From: Mobula hypostoma
Taxonomy: Eukaryota
Length of the DNA: 64,000 nucleotides
Direction of reading: 5' to 3'
NCBI RefSeq assembly: GCF_963921235.1
Contig: NC_086097.1
Location: 27,034,001 to 27,098,000 of the forward strand
Of the stretch, positions 40,594-54,201 are shown piece by piece. Position numbers and translations under genes: made by a program. A model generated the notes under the pieces. That model had not been told where the DNA came from. It ran no database searches and worked only from the letters and a program-made list of their open reading frames with translations. Position 1 is the first letter of the stretch, and the number at the start of each line of letters is the position of its first letter.

Positions 40594-43500
40594 AACTGTA
40601 AACTATATATTTTGGAATGAACTACTGTGGTTCCTGTTGTCTTCTGCAGTGACTATGCTTTATGAGGATGCTGTTTTCATTCAGATTGTCAATTTGTCTT
40701 ACCCCAAATTCCCTTTGCCTTTAAACCCTGCAAGTGAATCCAGCATAGACCACAAGCTAAAGGAGCAGAATTTAATCCATCAGGTCTGCTCTGCCATTCA
40801 ATCATTCCTTATTTTTTAAATCTCAGCCCCATTCACCCACCTTCTCCCCATAATCCTTAAGCCCTTTACCAATCAAGAACCCATCAATTTCTGCTGTAAC
40901 TATATCCAATGACTTGCTTTCATAGTCCTGTGGCAGTGAATTTCACCCTTTGGCTGAAGAAATTGCTCCTCGTCTTAATTCCAGTGAGACAGCACTTTAT
41001 TCTGAGGTTGTGCCTTTGGATCCTAGACTCACCTACCAATGGAAATCTCCTCTCCACGTCCACTCTATCCAGGCCTTTCAGTATTCATTAGGTTTTACTG
41101 AGATTTCCACCTCACTCACCTCCTCCCCCAATCATTCTGATCGCCAAAGACTACAGTCCCAAATACTCATTTTTAACAAACATACACGTTTATTCACTCA
41201 CAAAATACATACAATAATCAGGGGTTTACAAAACTATTGACAATTTCAAATTAAAATACGATTGCTATTGTCTACAAAACTCTACATTTCTTGGTAGCCC
41301 ACTGTTCTGGGAAATTCTCCACTGTGCCCATTGTAATTTGGATCCCCCCTCTCCAAGAATGTAACCCTGGAAGAGGGGCAGGCAGTTGGCTTGGGCAAAG
41401 GTCTTGACTGCCCACTTCCTGGATCCACGAATGGACATCTGGGCTGGGCCCAGAAGCAGGCTTACCAGGAGATTCCCCGCGCAACCCACCCCCTCCGTAT
41501 TGGAGGAGACTTTCATTCCTGGGACCGTTCTGGTGGTATGTGACTCTTTTTGCTATTAGCTGAAAATGATCCCTGCAGAACATCACAAGGAGCCCTCATT
41601 TCAGCTCCCACCACTCACAGGTCCACTACAGACACCGCTGGATTGTTTCTACAATTAAAGAGGTCAAGTCATTGGGTACATTTAAAGCAGAATTTGATAG
41701 GTTCTTGATTAGTGTCAAAGGTATGGGGGGGAAGGCAGTAGAAGGGATTGAGAGGGTGATAAATCATACAGGATGGAATGACAGAGCAGACTTGAGGGGC
41801 CAAATGGCCTAATTCTGTGGTGCTAGAGATGAGGCCTGGGGCAGATAAAACTTGATCAGGGTAAACAGTGAGGCGGGTTTGAGGTGCTGAATGGACTTCT
41901 CCTGATCCTATTCCTTGCGGACAAAAATACTTGGGAAGATTATAGGGTGCTGGGGAAGTGGTGGGGTAGGGAAGGGTAATACTACTGATTAAGAGCCAAT
42001 GCAGTCTGAAATGCTAAATTTGTTTTTCTGGAGTATTTTCTATGAACTAAGAACCAAGAAAATCAACTTTTTTTCCCAGCAAGCTGTCCTGCCTGAAGAT
42101 AGTTCATCTTACTGAATGGTAAACTGGCAAATTAGTTTGGAGTTTAAAAGAATGAGCGAGATCTAGTTGAAACCTACTGAATATTGAAAGGGCTAGATAG
42201 AGTGGACATAAGGAGGATATTTCCTATAGTGGGGGACTCTGGGAACAGAGGGCACGGCCTCAGGATAGAGGGTCATCCCTTTAGAACAGAGATGAGAAGG
42301 AATTTCCTTGGCCAGAGGGTGATTAATCAGTGGGATTTACTGCCACAGGTGACTGGAGGCCAAGTCATTGGGTACATTTAAAGTGGAGTTTATTAGGTTC
42401 TTGATTAGTAAAGGCTTCAAAGGCTATGGGGAGACGGCAGGAGACTGGGATTTAGAGGGAAATGAGCCATAATGGAATCACGGAGCAAACACAATGGGCT
42501 GAATGGCCTAATCATAAACATGAGGAATTCTGCAGACGCTGGAAATCTAAAGCAACACACACAAAATGCTGGAGGAACTCAGTACATCGGGTAGCATCTA
42601 TAGAAATTAATAAACAATGGACATTTCGAGCTGAGACCCTTCTTCAGGGTTGGAGAGGGTGGGGGGAGGGAGCAGGAGGATATCTAGAAGGTGATAGGTG
42701 AAGCCAGGTGGGTAGGAAAGGTGAAGGGCTGGAGAGGAAGGGATCTGATAGGAGAGGAGAGGAGAGTGGACCATAGAAGAAAGGGTAGGAAACAGAAGAA
42801 GAGTGGAGGGGAAGGAGAATTTTTTTTTAGCAAAAGGAGAAATCAATATTCATGCCATCAGGTTGGAGGCTACCCAGACAGACATGTTATAATTATGTGG
42901 TTTTGTTAGTTTTTTCAGTCTTGGTCTGTCCTGTGTTTTGTGGTATCACACCGGAGGAATACTGTATCATTTCTTAATGCATGCATTACTAAATGACAAT
43001 AAGAGAGGACGTGTCCTCATAATCTAAGATGTTGCTGCTCCACCCTGAGTGTGGTCTCCTCGTGGCACGAGAGAAGGTCATGGACCGACAAGTTGGAATG
43101 GGAATCTGAATTAAAACACTTGGCTACTATGAAGTTCCACTTTTGGAGGGGAGGTGGTCGACGAAGCGGTCCCCTAAATTACGACGGGTCTCACCAATGT
43201 AGAGGAGGCTGCATCGGGAGCACTGCATACAATAGATGACCCCAGCAGATATACAGGTGAAGTGTTGCCTCACCTGGAAGGACTGTTTGGGTCCCTCAAT
43301 GGCCTAATTCTGCTCCTTTGTCGTAGGATCTTATGGTTTATTATTGTAGCATGTACCGAGGTAGAGTGAAAACATTTTTGCATGCTGTCAATACAGAATA
43401 TTACATTACAACAATGCATTGAAGTATTTTAAGGGGAAAAACAATAAATGTGTGCAGAGTGAGGTGTTGTAGTTACAGAGAAAGTGCAGTGCAAACAGAT

Positions 43501-43980
43501 AGTAGGCTGCACGAACCATAATGAGGGTGAGTCTGATGACAGGGATTAAAGCTGTGATAAGCCTGGTGTTGCATGCTTTCAGGCTTTCGTATTTCTGTCT
43601 GATGGTGGCGGGGGGGGGGTGGGGAGAGAGATTGGGGCTGATGGGGTCCTTCATTCTGTTGGCTGTTTTACTGAGGCAGTGAGAAGTGTAGATAGGGTCC
43701 AGGGAGGAGAGGCTGGTTTCTGTGGGTGGCGCAGTCGTGTAGCAGTTATCACATTGCTTTACAGTGCCAACGTCACTGATCAGAGTTCAGTTCCCACTGC
43801 TGCCTTTGAGGAGTTTGCATGTTTTCCCCATGACCACCTGGGTTTCCTCCTACATTTCAAAAACATAAGGATTAGCGAGTTGTAGACATGATATATTGGT
43901 GTCAGAAGCATGGCGACACTTGCAATCCTCACTGATTTGATTTGATGCAAACATCGCATTTTTCTGGATGTTTCAATGTA

Positions 43981-45358
43981 CAATGCCTTGAAGATGTATT
44001 CAGACCCCACAACTATTTTCACATTTTACTGTCTCATTTTCTAAATTTAAAATATATTGAAGTAGGATTTTTAGCTATCTACAAAACATTGTGCATCAAG
44101 TCAAATCAAAAGAAAAATTCCAGTTTACTAAAAATTAAAAAACAAAATTGAGGCTGAAAATATATCCATCCCCTTTGTAATAACTACACTGACGTTCCTC
44201 AGGTGCAATATATTACCTTTTCTACATCAGTTTGTTGATGTAGAAAATTGGATGATCAACTCTCTCTCTGTAAGGTCCAACAGTGTGGACATCTCATTTT
44301 ACAACAGATCAAACCAAAATGAAGACAAAAGAGAATTCAAGACATGTCAGGGAAATGATAAGAAAACCACAAATCTGGGGATGGGTACAAGACCATCTCA
44401 AAGGCATTGGAAAATATTGCACCTCGAAATTCAGTGCAGTCTATCACGAAAAAGTGGAAAAAATATGAAGCTACAGTCACACTGCCTTGGTAAGGCTGCC
44501 ACTCTAAACTTAGTTGCTGGAGAAGAATTGCGTTTGTTAGAGAGCCTGCTGTGACACTAACAGGTAGTCATTCTGGTGAGTAAGCTGCTAAAGTCTGGCT
44601 GCAACTGCAGATGAAGTTCATGGCTCCACAATCTCTAAGGCCTTGCACAAAAACGGCACTTATGGAAGAATGGCAAGGAAGAAACCCTGGCCAAAGAAAA
44701 AGCATATTCTTGCCTGTAAGGACTTTGCAAAGTGTCACTTACAAGATACCGTAAAGATCTGGAAGAAGGTCTTGTGGCTGGATGAGACTAAATTGGAACT
44801 TTCTGGCCTCGACACTAAGTGGTACATGTGGCATAAATCTAATACTGTACATCAACCAGGTAACATCATCCCTAGGGTAAAGTATGGTGGAGGTAGCATC
44901 ATGCTATGGGGATGCTTTTAAGCAGCAGGGACTGGAAATTTGGTCAGGATTGATGGGGAGATGAATCTTGCTAAATACAGAGAGGTCCTGGATAAAAACC
45001 TGCCAGAAAGCTTAAACTGGGGAGCAAGTTGATCTTTCAGCAGGACAATGACCCAAAGCACACTGTCAGAGCAACTACGGAGTGGCTTCAGATGAAGAAA
45101 ATTAATGTCTTTGAGTGGCCCAGTGAGAGTCCTGACCTTAACTCAATCAAACATGTCTGACAAGACCTCAAGATTGCTGTCCACCATCACTTCCCAACTA
45201 ACCCGACACAGCTTGAGCAATTTTGCAAGGAGAAATGGGTAAATCTTGCTCCTTCACATTGTGCAAAGCTAATAGACTTATCCAAAAAGACTGCTGGCTA
45301 TAATAGCTGCAAGGTGGTTCACTGGACAAGGGGGGATGAATACCTTTCCAAGGCATAA
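43981..45358 (+). mobile_element. Degraded Tc1-family DNA transposon
   Basis: TIRs CAATGCCTTGAAGATGTATTCAGACCCC / GGGGATGAATACCTTTCCAAGGCAT, TA flanks, transposase remnants [30 protein letters not shown] and WPSESPDLN. Confidence 0.9.
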
Positions 45359-48112
45359 TACATATGACGAATAAGGTTAATCTAATCTGGTTTACTAAAA
45401 TGTGTCCACAATTTGCTGCAATTTCTTGTGGTTATGGGCAAAGCAACAATTAATAAAATGTTAGGCTTACCTAAAGAGCGAGATGACTTTCTCAAGTCAT
45501 TAAGCTTGCTAATAAATCCTGAAAGCAGTCCTTTGTTAATTATTGTAACTACCAAGCAGAACACTGTTAACCTGGGTTGCTGAAGGCAGCAGCTGATTGT
45601 GCTGGTCCTCATTGAGTCTTAGCCTAAGGGCTGTGTTAGTGGAGGCCTGTTAATGTTTGATGTGCTGAACTAACAGCATGAATATTTACAATGCAGTGGA
45701 AGAGTTCAGGGGCCAGAGGTGAAGGTAAATGGCAGTGATTGACAAGGGCAATCGTTCAAAGGGATTGAGGGAGAGAAGTCCAAAGTAGTTGAAGCACATC
45801 AACCCGTGGGAACTCAGTGGCAGTGGGTAGAGCTCCTGTGACCCAGGTTCAAAGTTCCAAACAAATTTATCAAAGTACATATATGTCACCATATACAACC
45901 CTGGGGTTTTTTTTTTTGGAGGGATGCACAGTAAATCCAATAATCATAATAGAGTGAATGGAAGACAGCACCCAACTTGGGTGTTCAACCAGTATGCAAA
46001 AGAACAAACTGCAAATGCAAAAGAAAAAAGTAATATTAATAAATAAACATTAAATATCAAGAACATAAGATGAAGAGTTCTTGAAAGTGAGTCCATAGGT
46101 TGTGGGGACAGTTCTATGATAAGGCAAGTGAAGTTATCCCCTCTAGTTCAAGAGCCTGATGGCTGGGGGGTAATAACTGCTCCTGAACCTGGTGGTGTGA
46201 GTTCTGAAATTCTTCCTGATAGCAGCAGTGAAAAGGGAGCATGACCTGAGCTGTGGGCCCCGATGATGGATGCTGCTTTGCTGTGACAATCCTGACACTG
46301 CGTGATACCAGAGTGGAGTTTGCACGTTCTGGCTGTACCACACAGGTACAGGCTGCCCCACATCTTAAAGATACACAGATTGGTAACGTGTCCCAGTGTG
46401 TAAAAGAGTGGTAAAATCGGAGGAAATTGAGGGAAATTATGAAGATAAAATGGGACTGGTGTAAATGGGTGTGGACTTGATGTCTAAAGGGCTGGTTTCA
46501 GTGATGTTTGATGATATGGAGTGTGTGTTGTTGCTTTGGTTTTTTAGCCTTTTCCCCTTTTAGCTTTATTTGTCACGTGTACAGTGAAATGCATGGTTTG
46601 TGACAAACGAAATCAGAGGGGAGTGTGCTGGGCGGCCTGCGTGTGTCACCACACTTCCGGTGCCTCATAGCTTTCCCACAACTGACTAAGCCTGACCCGT
46701 ACAATGTGGGAAAAACCCAAGCACCTGGAGGAAATCCTCGCGGTCACAGGGAGAATGTATAAACTCCTTACAGACAGCAGCGGGAATGGAACCCAGATCA
46801 GTGAAAGCTGGCACCGTAAAGCGATGCGTTAACCGCTGCGCTACGTGCTGCCTGCTTTGGTGGGAGTGAAATTGGGTTGGGAGGCTGGAGTTGGGATGTA
46901 GACTTAAGATATTTCACAAAGTGTTTAACTACCACTGCCTTAAAAATAGTTAAGGATTCTCCTCCACAAAAGGCAATGGAAGCAGATGACCCTCAGAGAA
47001 TGAACAGTGCCTTGTTTCTGTCTTTGAGGAAAACTCTAATTTTAAACTGTGCCCCTTGGTTCTAAATTCTCTCACAGAATATGGCCAGCACAAGAACAGG
47101 CCTTCAGCACATGATGTCTGTGCCAAACACAGTGCAGAATTAAACGGTCCTGATTAAGGATCCCAGTCCAAAATGTTGACTGTTTGTTCCCTCCAATAGA
47201 TACTGCCTGATTTGTTGAGTTGCTCCAGTATTTTCTGTGTGTTGCCAAATTAATCTATTCCCTTCTGCCTGCAGATTCCTGTATCTATCTAACAGCCTCT
47301 TAAACCTCACTAGCTCACTATCACTAACCTGATAGTTCTTTTCCGGTCACCCACCATTCTCTATCTAAAAATCTTTCTCTGCCCTACAACACAAAAACAG
47401 TCCTTTTGCCCATCTAGTCCATGCCGAAATATTATTCTACATAGTCCCATCATCCCAAGGTCTAAATTTGTTTCTATGTCTTATTTCAATCGTTTTCTCC
47501 CACTGTGCCACCCCCCTCTCTCTGACATGGCCTACCCAATCTTTCCTCATAACACAGTCACTCTTAAGTATTGGTCTGGTACACGTCCCCTCGGCTTCCT
47601 CAAAACACAAGTGAGGATTTGTTTTAACCACTCATCTGTAAGATAGGATCTCAGTCCCACATTTCTACCTGTGTCTTTGTGGAAGGAACACTCCTGACAA
47701 GTATTTTCTTAACATAGAAGTACAGTACAGGCCCTTCAGCCCAAAATGTTGCACTCAATCTTTAACCTATTTTAAGATCAATCTTACCCACATAGCCCTC
47801 CATTTTTCTATCATTCATATGCCTATCTAAGAGTTTCTTAAATAGCTCTAATGTATCTATCTGTATCACCACCCCCCCCCCACCCGGCAGCACGTTTCAT
47901 GCACCCACCACTCTATGTGGGGTGGGGGGGAACTACCTCTAATATCCCCCCAAACATTTCACTAATTACCTTATAATTATGCTCCCTTGTATTAGCCATT
48001 TCTGCCCTGGGAAAAAGTCTCTGGCTGTCACATTAGACAAGCACTCTATTCCAGGCAGCACCCTGGTAAATCTCTTCTGCACCCTCCCTAAAGCTTCTAC
48101 ATACTTCCTTGC

Positions 48113-50000
48113 CACACAGAGAAACTACTGAAGGAACTCAATATGTCTGGCAGCATCTGTGGAGAGGAATAGATGTTTCAGGCCGAGACCCTTCATCAGG
48201 ACTGGAAAGGAAGTGGGAAGAAGCCGGAATAAGAAGGTGGGGGAGAGGAGGAGTACAAGCTAGGAGGTGATAGGTGGAAAAGGTAACGGGCTAGAGAAGA
48301 AGAACTCGGATAGGAGAGGAAAGTGAACCATGGGAAAAAGGGAAAGAAGAGGAGTGCTGGGGAGGGTGATAAGCAGGTGAGGAAATGAGGTGAGGGTGGG
48401 GACAGAGTAGAGAATTGAAAAAGAGGGAATAGGGAATGGAGAAGAGGGAAAAATTATTGGAGGTTGGAGAAAATGATGTTCATACCATCAGGTTGGAGGC
48501 TACTCAGACAGAATGAGGGATTGCTCCTGCAACCTGAGAGTGGCCTCATCGTGACATGGACTGGCATGTCGGAATGGGAATTAAAATGGTTGGCCACCAG
48601 GAAATCCTGATTTTTTGCAGATGGAGCTAAGGTGCTTGACAAAATGGGTCTCCCAGTCTACTTTGACTCTCACCAATGTAGAGGAGGCCACATCAGGAGC
48701 CCTGGACACAGTAGAAGACTCCAACAGATTCATAGGCGAAGTGTTGTCTCACTTAGAGGTAAGGAAGAAGGTGAATGGGTGTGTAGCACTTCTACCACAG
48801 CAGGGATAAGTGCCAGGAAGATTAGTGGGGAGGTTCGAACGGACAAGGAAATCACAGAGGAAGTGATCCCTGGGGAAAGCAGAGAATGGGGTGGGGCAGG
48901 GGAGAGGGAAAGATGTGAAGATGGCATACATTGCGGAGAATGGTGTGTTGGATGCAGAGGCTCATGGGATGGTAGGTGATGACAAGAGGAACTCTAGCAA
49001 CATACATCAAAGTTGCTGGTGAACGCAGCAGGCCAGGCAGCATCTATAGGAAGAGGCGCAGTCGACGTTTCAGGCCGAGACCCTTTGTCAGGACTAACTG
49101 AAGGAAGAGTGAGTAAGGGATTTGAAAGCTGGAGGGGGAGGGGGAGATGCAAAAAGATGCACAAGAGGAACTCTATTCCCTGTGAAGGTGGTGGAAAGAT
49201 GGGGTGAGTGCTGATAGGGGGAAATGGAGGAGATGTGGATGAGGGTAACATCAATGGAGGAGGAAGGGAAACCTCATTCTTTGAAGATGTTTCTAATGTC
49301 CTGGAAAGGAAAACCTAGTCCTGGCAACAGATATGGTGGAGACAAAGGAATAGAGAAAAAGGAATAGCACTTTTCCAGGAGACAGGGTGAGGTATAGTCA
49401 AGATAACCGTGGAATCGGTAGGTTTATAAATGATATCAGTAGATAATTTGTCTCCAGAAATGGAGAAAAAGAGATTGAGAAGGGGGAGGGAGGTGTCAGA
49501 AATGGACCAAGTGAATTTAAGCAGGTGGAAGTTGGAGGCAAAGTTGATGAAATTGACGAGCTCAGCATGGGTGCATGAAGCAGCATCAATACAGTCGTCA
49601 ATGTAGCAAAGGAAGAGTTGGGGCGCATTTCCAACAAAGGCTTCGAACATGGACTGTTCTACGTAGCCAAAGAAAAGGCAGGCATAGCTGGGGTCCACAC
49701 AGGTGCTCATGGCTACACCTCAAGATTGGAGAAAGTGAGAGGAGCTGGAAGGGAAATGTTCAAGTTGAGGACCAGTTCTACCTGACCCAGGAGGGTGGTG
49801 GTGGAGAGGAACTGGTCAAGATCTGTTGTTGACAGAGGCAGAGAGCTATATGGGCTTTTTAATGGGGGGGGAATAGAGGTATACAGGGACTGGACATCCT
49901 TGGTGAAAGTGAGGCAATCAGGGCTAGGGAGTTGATTGAGAGTTGTTGAGATCAAGAGCATGTGAAGTACCATGGATGTAGCTGGGAAGGGACTGACCTA
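48113..50000 (-). mobile_element. Degraded Penelope-like element (RT, endonuclease remnant and terminal repeat)
   Basis: DVQSLYTSIP, PSYACLF.GYVEQ, YIDD, LKFTWSIS and VANHFNS peptides; hammerhead-like core at ~48173-48205. Confidence 0.8.
48997..49160 (-). mobile_element. Second young short Penelope-repeat insertion, nested in the older Penelope element
   Basis: 15-bp TSD ACAAGAGGAACTCTA at 48982-48996 and 49161-49175; near-identical to 14695-14790. Confidence 0.8.
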
Positions 50001-50892
50001 GAGAGATACATTGTAACTTTTGTTCTACACTAAAAATCTTACAAATGTTCAGTGGAAACCAGGATACATAATTTTGTTTGAAATGTCCTTGGGATGACTG
50101 CAATAATCTACAGTGTAAAAGTGGTGCATTTCATGAGTAGCTAATGTCTTTTAATGTTAACACTGTATTTAAATAGACTCATTACCATCACTTAACTCAA
50201 ACTGGCACCAATTTCACAGCCCATTTGTTTTTGATGAGTTCCTGCTAAACTCTGCAGTACTTCAAGTACCAAGTTTGCATTTTTGACCCTTATGTGGGTC
50301 TTTATTTCACAAATTGGCATCTACACTTATCACATAATAGGCCCTTTTACAGTGATTAAAGCAATTGTTAAACAAAATGTAGCACGTATCATGTAGAAAT
50401 ATCTCAGCCAGAAGTCTCCCGGAGGCTGTCTCTGCCCACTGGAGGAAATCCGTGCTTATTCAGGACTTCTATGGCACCACGGAAGGAATTCATAACCAAC
50501 CTGATTTTTCTATTTCATAGAATGAGTGGGCAACTTGCTCAAAGCTGCCCCTCCAGAAGAGAATTTTCACCTGCAAAGAGCAGGAACCAGCAAATGTCTC
50601 TCTCAAAAACATGAGCGCATGGGCTGAAGAACCTGAATCCCTACATGGATCTTTGGTGGATCTCTAGTTAAACATTAGCACGGCAGCTTAATTAAGAGTC
50701 AATCTGCAAGGTGTCTAAGCTTCTTGGCAATGGAGACATTAGTTACAACCTGCTTTAGATCTGTTCTGCTGAGTTTGATCATCAATACTTGCGAGAACCG
50801 AGGCTCTTGCTGAGGCTACAGAAGGTCTTGGGTGCTACAAAAAGCAAGACTTGGTTCCGAGAATCCGAAAGGTCGAGTTAGTTTCTCGAAGG

Positions 50893-50946
50893 TTAACGTG
50901 CTAAACCCATCCTCTGGGCCAGCTGGTGGTGCTCCAACTCCTGGCC
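50893..50946 (-). CDS. Probable terminal coding exon of the EPCAM-like gene (GQELEHHQLAQRMGLAR*)
   Basis: TTTTGTTTTAGCAG acceptor, phase 0, short tail and TAA, followed by non-repeat UTR-like sequence. Sequence similarity to the EpCAM tail is weak. Confidence 0.6.
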   Translation of the reverse strand, partial: GQELEHHQLAQRMGLAR

Positions 50947-52227
50947 CTGCTAAAACAAAACCCATGAGGGACACAGTGAAATGAGAGAGAGCAAGAACAG
51001 CAGAAAGCACAGGTGAATCTGTGGAATTCACTGCCACAGACGGCTGTGGAGGACAAGTTATTGAGTAAGCAGAAGCTGATAGGTTCTCGATTAGTAAGGG
51101 GTCAAAGGTTATGGGAGAAGGCTGGAGAATGGGGTTGAGAGGGACAACAAATCAACCATGAGCAGACTCAATGGGCAGAATGCTCTACACAACTTCTTCA
51201 CTACTTTGTCTACCTTTGTCACCACTTTCAGAGGACTGTACATTCGTACCCTCAGCCGTCCTGTTCTGCAGTGCTCTCCCTGGGCCCTTGCCATTCCCCG
51301 TGTAAATCGTGCCCTGAAAGGCTGCCTTGATCAGTCTGACCATTGATATTCATTGCCATCATCAGGCACCAGAGATCATCAATCCCTGTTCTGGCAAAGC
51401 AAGTCTTCAGCACCAGGAGTTTGGCTGGACAGTCGGAAAGGTGTCGGTGGACAGGAATACAGAACGGGAATTCCTCTACCCTGGTCTTTATTCCCCATCC
51501 AGTAGACCGTGCAATATAGAGTCATACAGCACACAAAGGGACACTTTGTGCCACAGAGTCTGCACTGACCATCAGTCAATAATCCCACTTTATTCTCCCC
51601 ACGTCCCTGAGATTCTACAAGTTAGGCTGGTTAAAAAGCTATATGGTGTGTTTGCCTTTGTGAATCCAGGGATGGAGTTTAACAGTCACGAGGCAACGCT
51701 AGTGGGCTGCTCAGCACAGTCCTCAGTTCTTTGATTCGGTGCAAATGACACATTTCACTGTGTGGTTCGATGTACATCGAATAATGCTAATCTTTTCTTT
51801 AAAGAGTTAAAGGGTTGAAGGCGAAATCTGATGAGAAAGGAAAGTGGACCATGAGAAAAAAAAAGAGAAGGGGAACCAAAGATGGGGTAAGAGGGGAGCT
51901 GGAATGGAAAAGGAGAGGAGGAGGAGGAGGAGGAGAGAGGAGATTACCATAAGTTCGGGAAATCGATGTTCATGCCATCAGGTTGGAGGCTACCCAAACA
52001 GAATATGAGATGTTACTCCTCCAACCTGAGTATGGCATCAAAATGGCAGAAAAAGAGGCCATGGACCAACATGTCAGAATGGGAACAGAACGTCAAATTG
52101 AAACGGGTAGCCACCAGGAGATCCTGCCTTTTGCAGCAGACAGAAACTGGAACATCAGTCACTGAACTAAATCCCAAGTGACCCTACCATGGAAGAGCTG
52201 CACAGAGGTTTGAGCACGATACATCAC

Positions 52228-52287
52228 CTCAATCACTTCAAACTGGATCCTCTGCCAGTCCTCCTTCGCTCTCCTCCTGACCACAAC
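52228..52287 (-). CDS. EPCAM-like cytoplasmic exon (VVVRRRAKEDWQRIQFEVIE)
   Basis: TTTGCAG acceptor, GT donor, 60 bp; ends the TM helix with a basic stop-transfer cluster. Confidence 0.8.
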
Positions 52288-54018
52288 CTGCAAACACACA
52301 GTGATATTAGGGTTACATCCCCTCGAATCATCCCTCTTGTTTTTCACCCCAAATCATTCTGATGGAAGGCATGAACATCAAATGGTGCTGGAGAAGGCAC
52401 AGGAGTTTCTGCAGAGGCTGGAATCTGGAGCAGACACAAAAAACACTGGAGGAACTCAGCAGGTCAGGCGGCATCTGTGGAGGGAAATGGACTGTAGATG
52501 TTTCATGTCAAGACCCTTCACCTGGACTGGAAGGTACAGTGGAGATAGTCAGTTTAAAGAGGTGAGGGGAAGGAGTGGAGCAAGACCACATTTGGAGTAT
52601 TATGTTCCGTTCTGGTCACTTCCAGGAAGAATATGGAGCAGGGGGTTCCCAAACTTTTTTATGCCATGGACCCCTATCATTAACCGAGGGGTCCATGGAC
52701 CCCGGGTTGGGAACCCCTAAGTGGAGCATGTAGAGAGGGTGCAGAGATTTACCAGGACGCTGCCTGGATTAGAGAGCATGTCTCGTGAGGATAGGCTGAG
52801 CGAGCTAGTTCTCTAGGAATGAAGGAGAATGAGAGGTGTCTTGATAGAGATGAACAAGATGATAAGGAGAATAATTCGAGTGGACAGACAGAGACCTTTA
52901 CCCAGGGTGGAAATGACTATTGCAAGAGGGCATAATTTTAAGATGATTGGAGGAAAGTATAGGGGGATGTCTTGGTAGGTTTTTACACAGAGAGCGGTGA
53001 GTGTGTGGAACGCCCTGCCACGGAGGGTGGTTAAGGCAGATACATTAGGGACATTTAAGAGACTCTTGAAAGGCACATGGATGAAAAGAAAATGAAGGGC
53101 TATGTGGAGGGCAGATTTAGACCGATCTTGGAGTAGGTTAAAAGGTTGGTACAACATTGTGAGTCAAAGGGCCTGTACTGCGTTGGACTGTTCTGAGCTC
53201 TAGGAACTGGCAGGCAGTAGTTGGATCCTGGTTGTTGGGGAGGCGGATGAGCAGATAGACTGGGAATGGAATGAGTGGGAACAGTGACAGAAGCTGGGAG
53301 GCGACAAGGGGCTGATGAAGATGAAATTTGAAAGCAGAGTAAGGTTGGAGCATGGAATTGTTTATTTTGTTTAGAGATATAGCCGGTAACAGGCCATTCT
53401 GGCCCACTTAATTATACCCACGTGATTAATTAACCCACTAACACATACATCTTTGTAAAGTGGTAGAAAAGTGGAGCACCCGGTGAAAATACAGGTGGTC
53501 ACGGGGAGAATGACAAAGTCCTTACAGACAATGGCGCGAATCGAACCCAGGTCACTGGTACTGTAATACTGTTACACTAACTGCTACACTACTGGGCTGC
53601 AATAGAGCGAGAGAGGCGAGGGAGGCAGAGGGGAGTAGCAGGGGATGGTGGAGAGTCGGCAGGTTGGGCAGCATCTGTGGAGGGAAACGGACAGTCAAAG
53701 TGTCAGGTCAAGATCCTTCATCAGGACTGTGAGTAATTTAACTATCTACTTATGTCCATAACCAGCCTAGACAGCAATATAGAGAAAATAGTTTTAGATA
53801 GCAGAGAAGGGGTGGATGAAAGGCACTCTGACAGAGTGAGACCAAATGATTTAGTGTGAAATTCAGTCCAAGCATTAGGTCACCTTTCCCCTGGTGTGTT
53901 TGCAGCTTTGCTAGAGAGCCCAACAAAACCCCATGTTTAACGGGCCATGAAAGCATGCTCAGTGGGTGCTGGTAAGAATAGATCTCCCCCTCACCGCCGT
54001 CCTGCGGAATGTACTCAC

Positions 54019-54201
54019 AAACACTGCGATCCCGGTTAGAATGGCCAGCGCAATGATGATGATGATGGCCGCAAAGCCCGGCGAGATGGACTTCATGTTG
54101 ATCCGGGGAGGCTCGTTGTCAAAGAACCAAACCTGGACCGACTCCCTCTCCACCTGCAAGCTCTTCCCGTCCACTTCCAGAGTGAACCTGTTCGTCTTCA
54201 G
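54019..54201 (-). CDS. EPCAM-like exon with transmembrane helix (LKTNRFTLEVDG...FFDNEPPRINMKSISPGFAAIIIIIALAILTGIAVF)
   Basis: AG/GTGAGT boundaries, 183 bp; juxtamembrane D..PP...M pattern followed by a hydrophobic helix. Confidence 0.9.
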
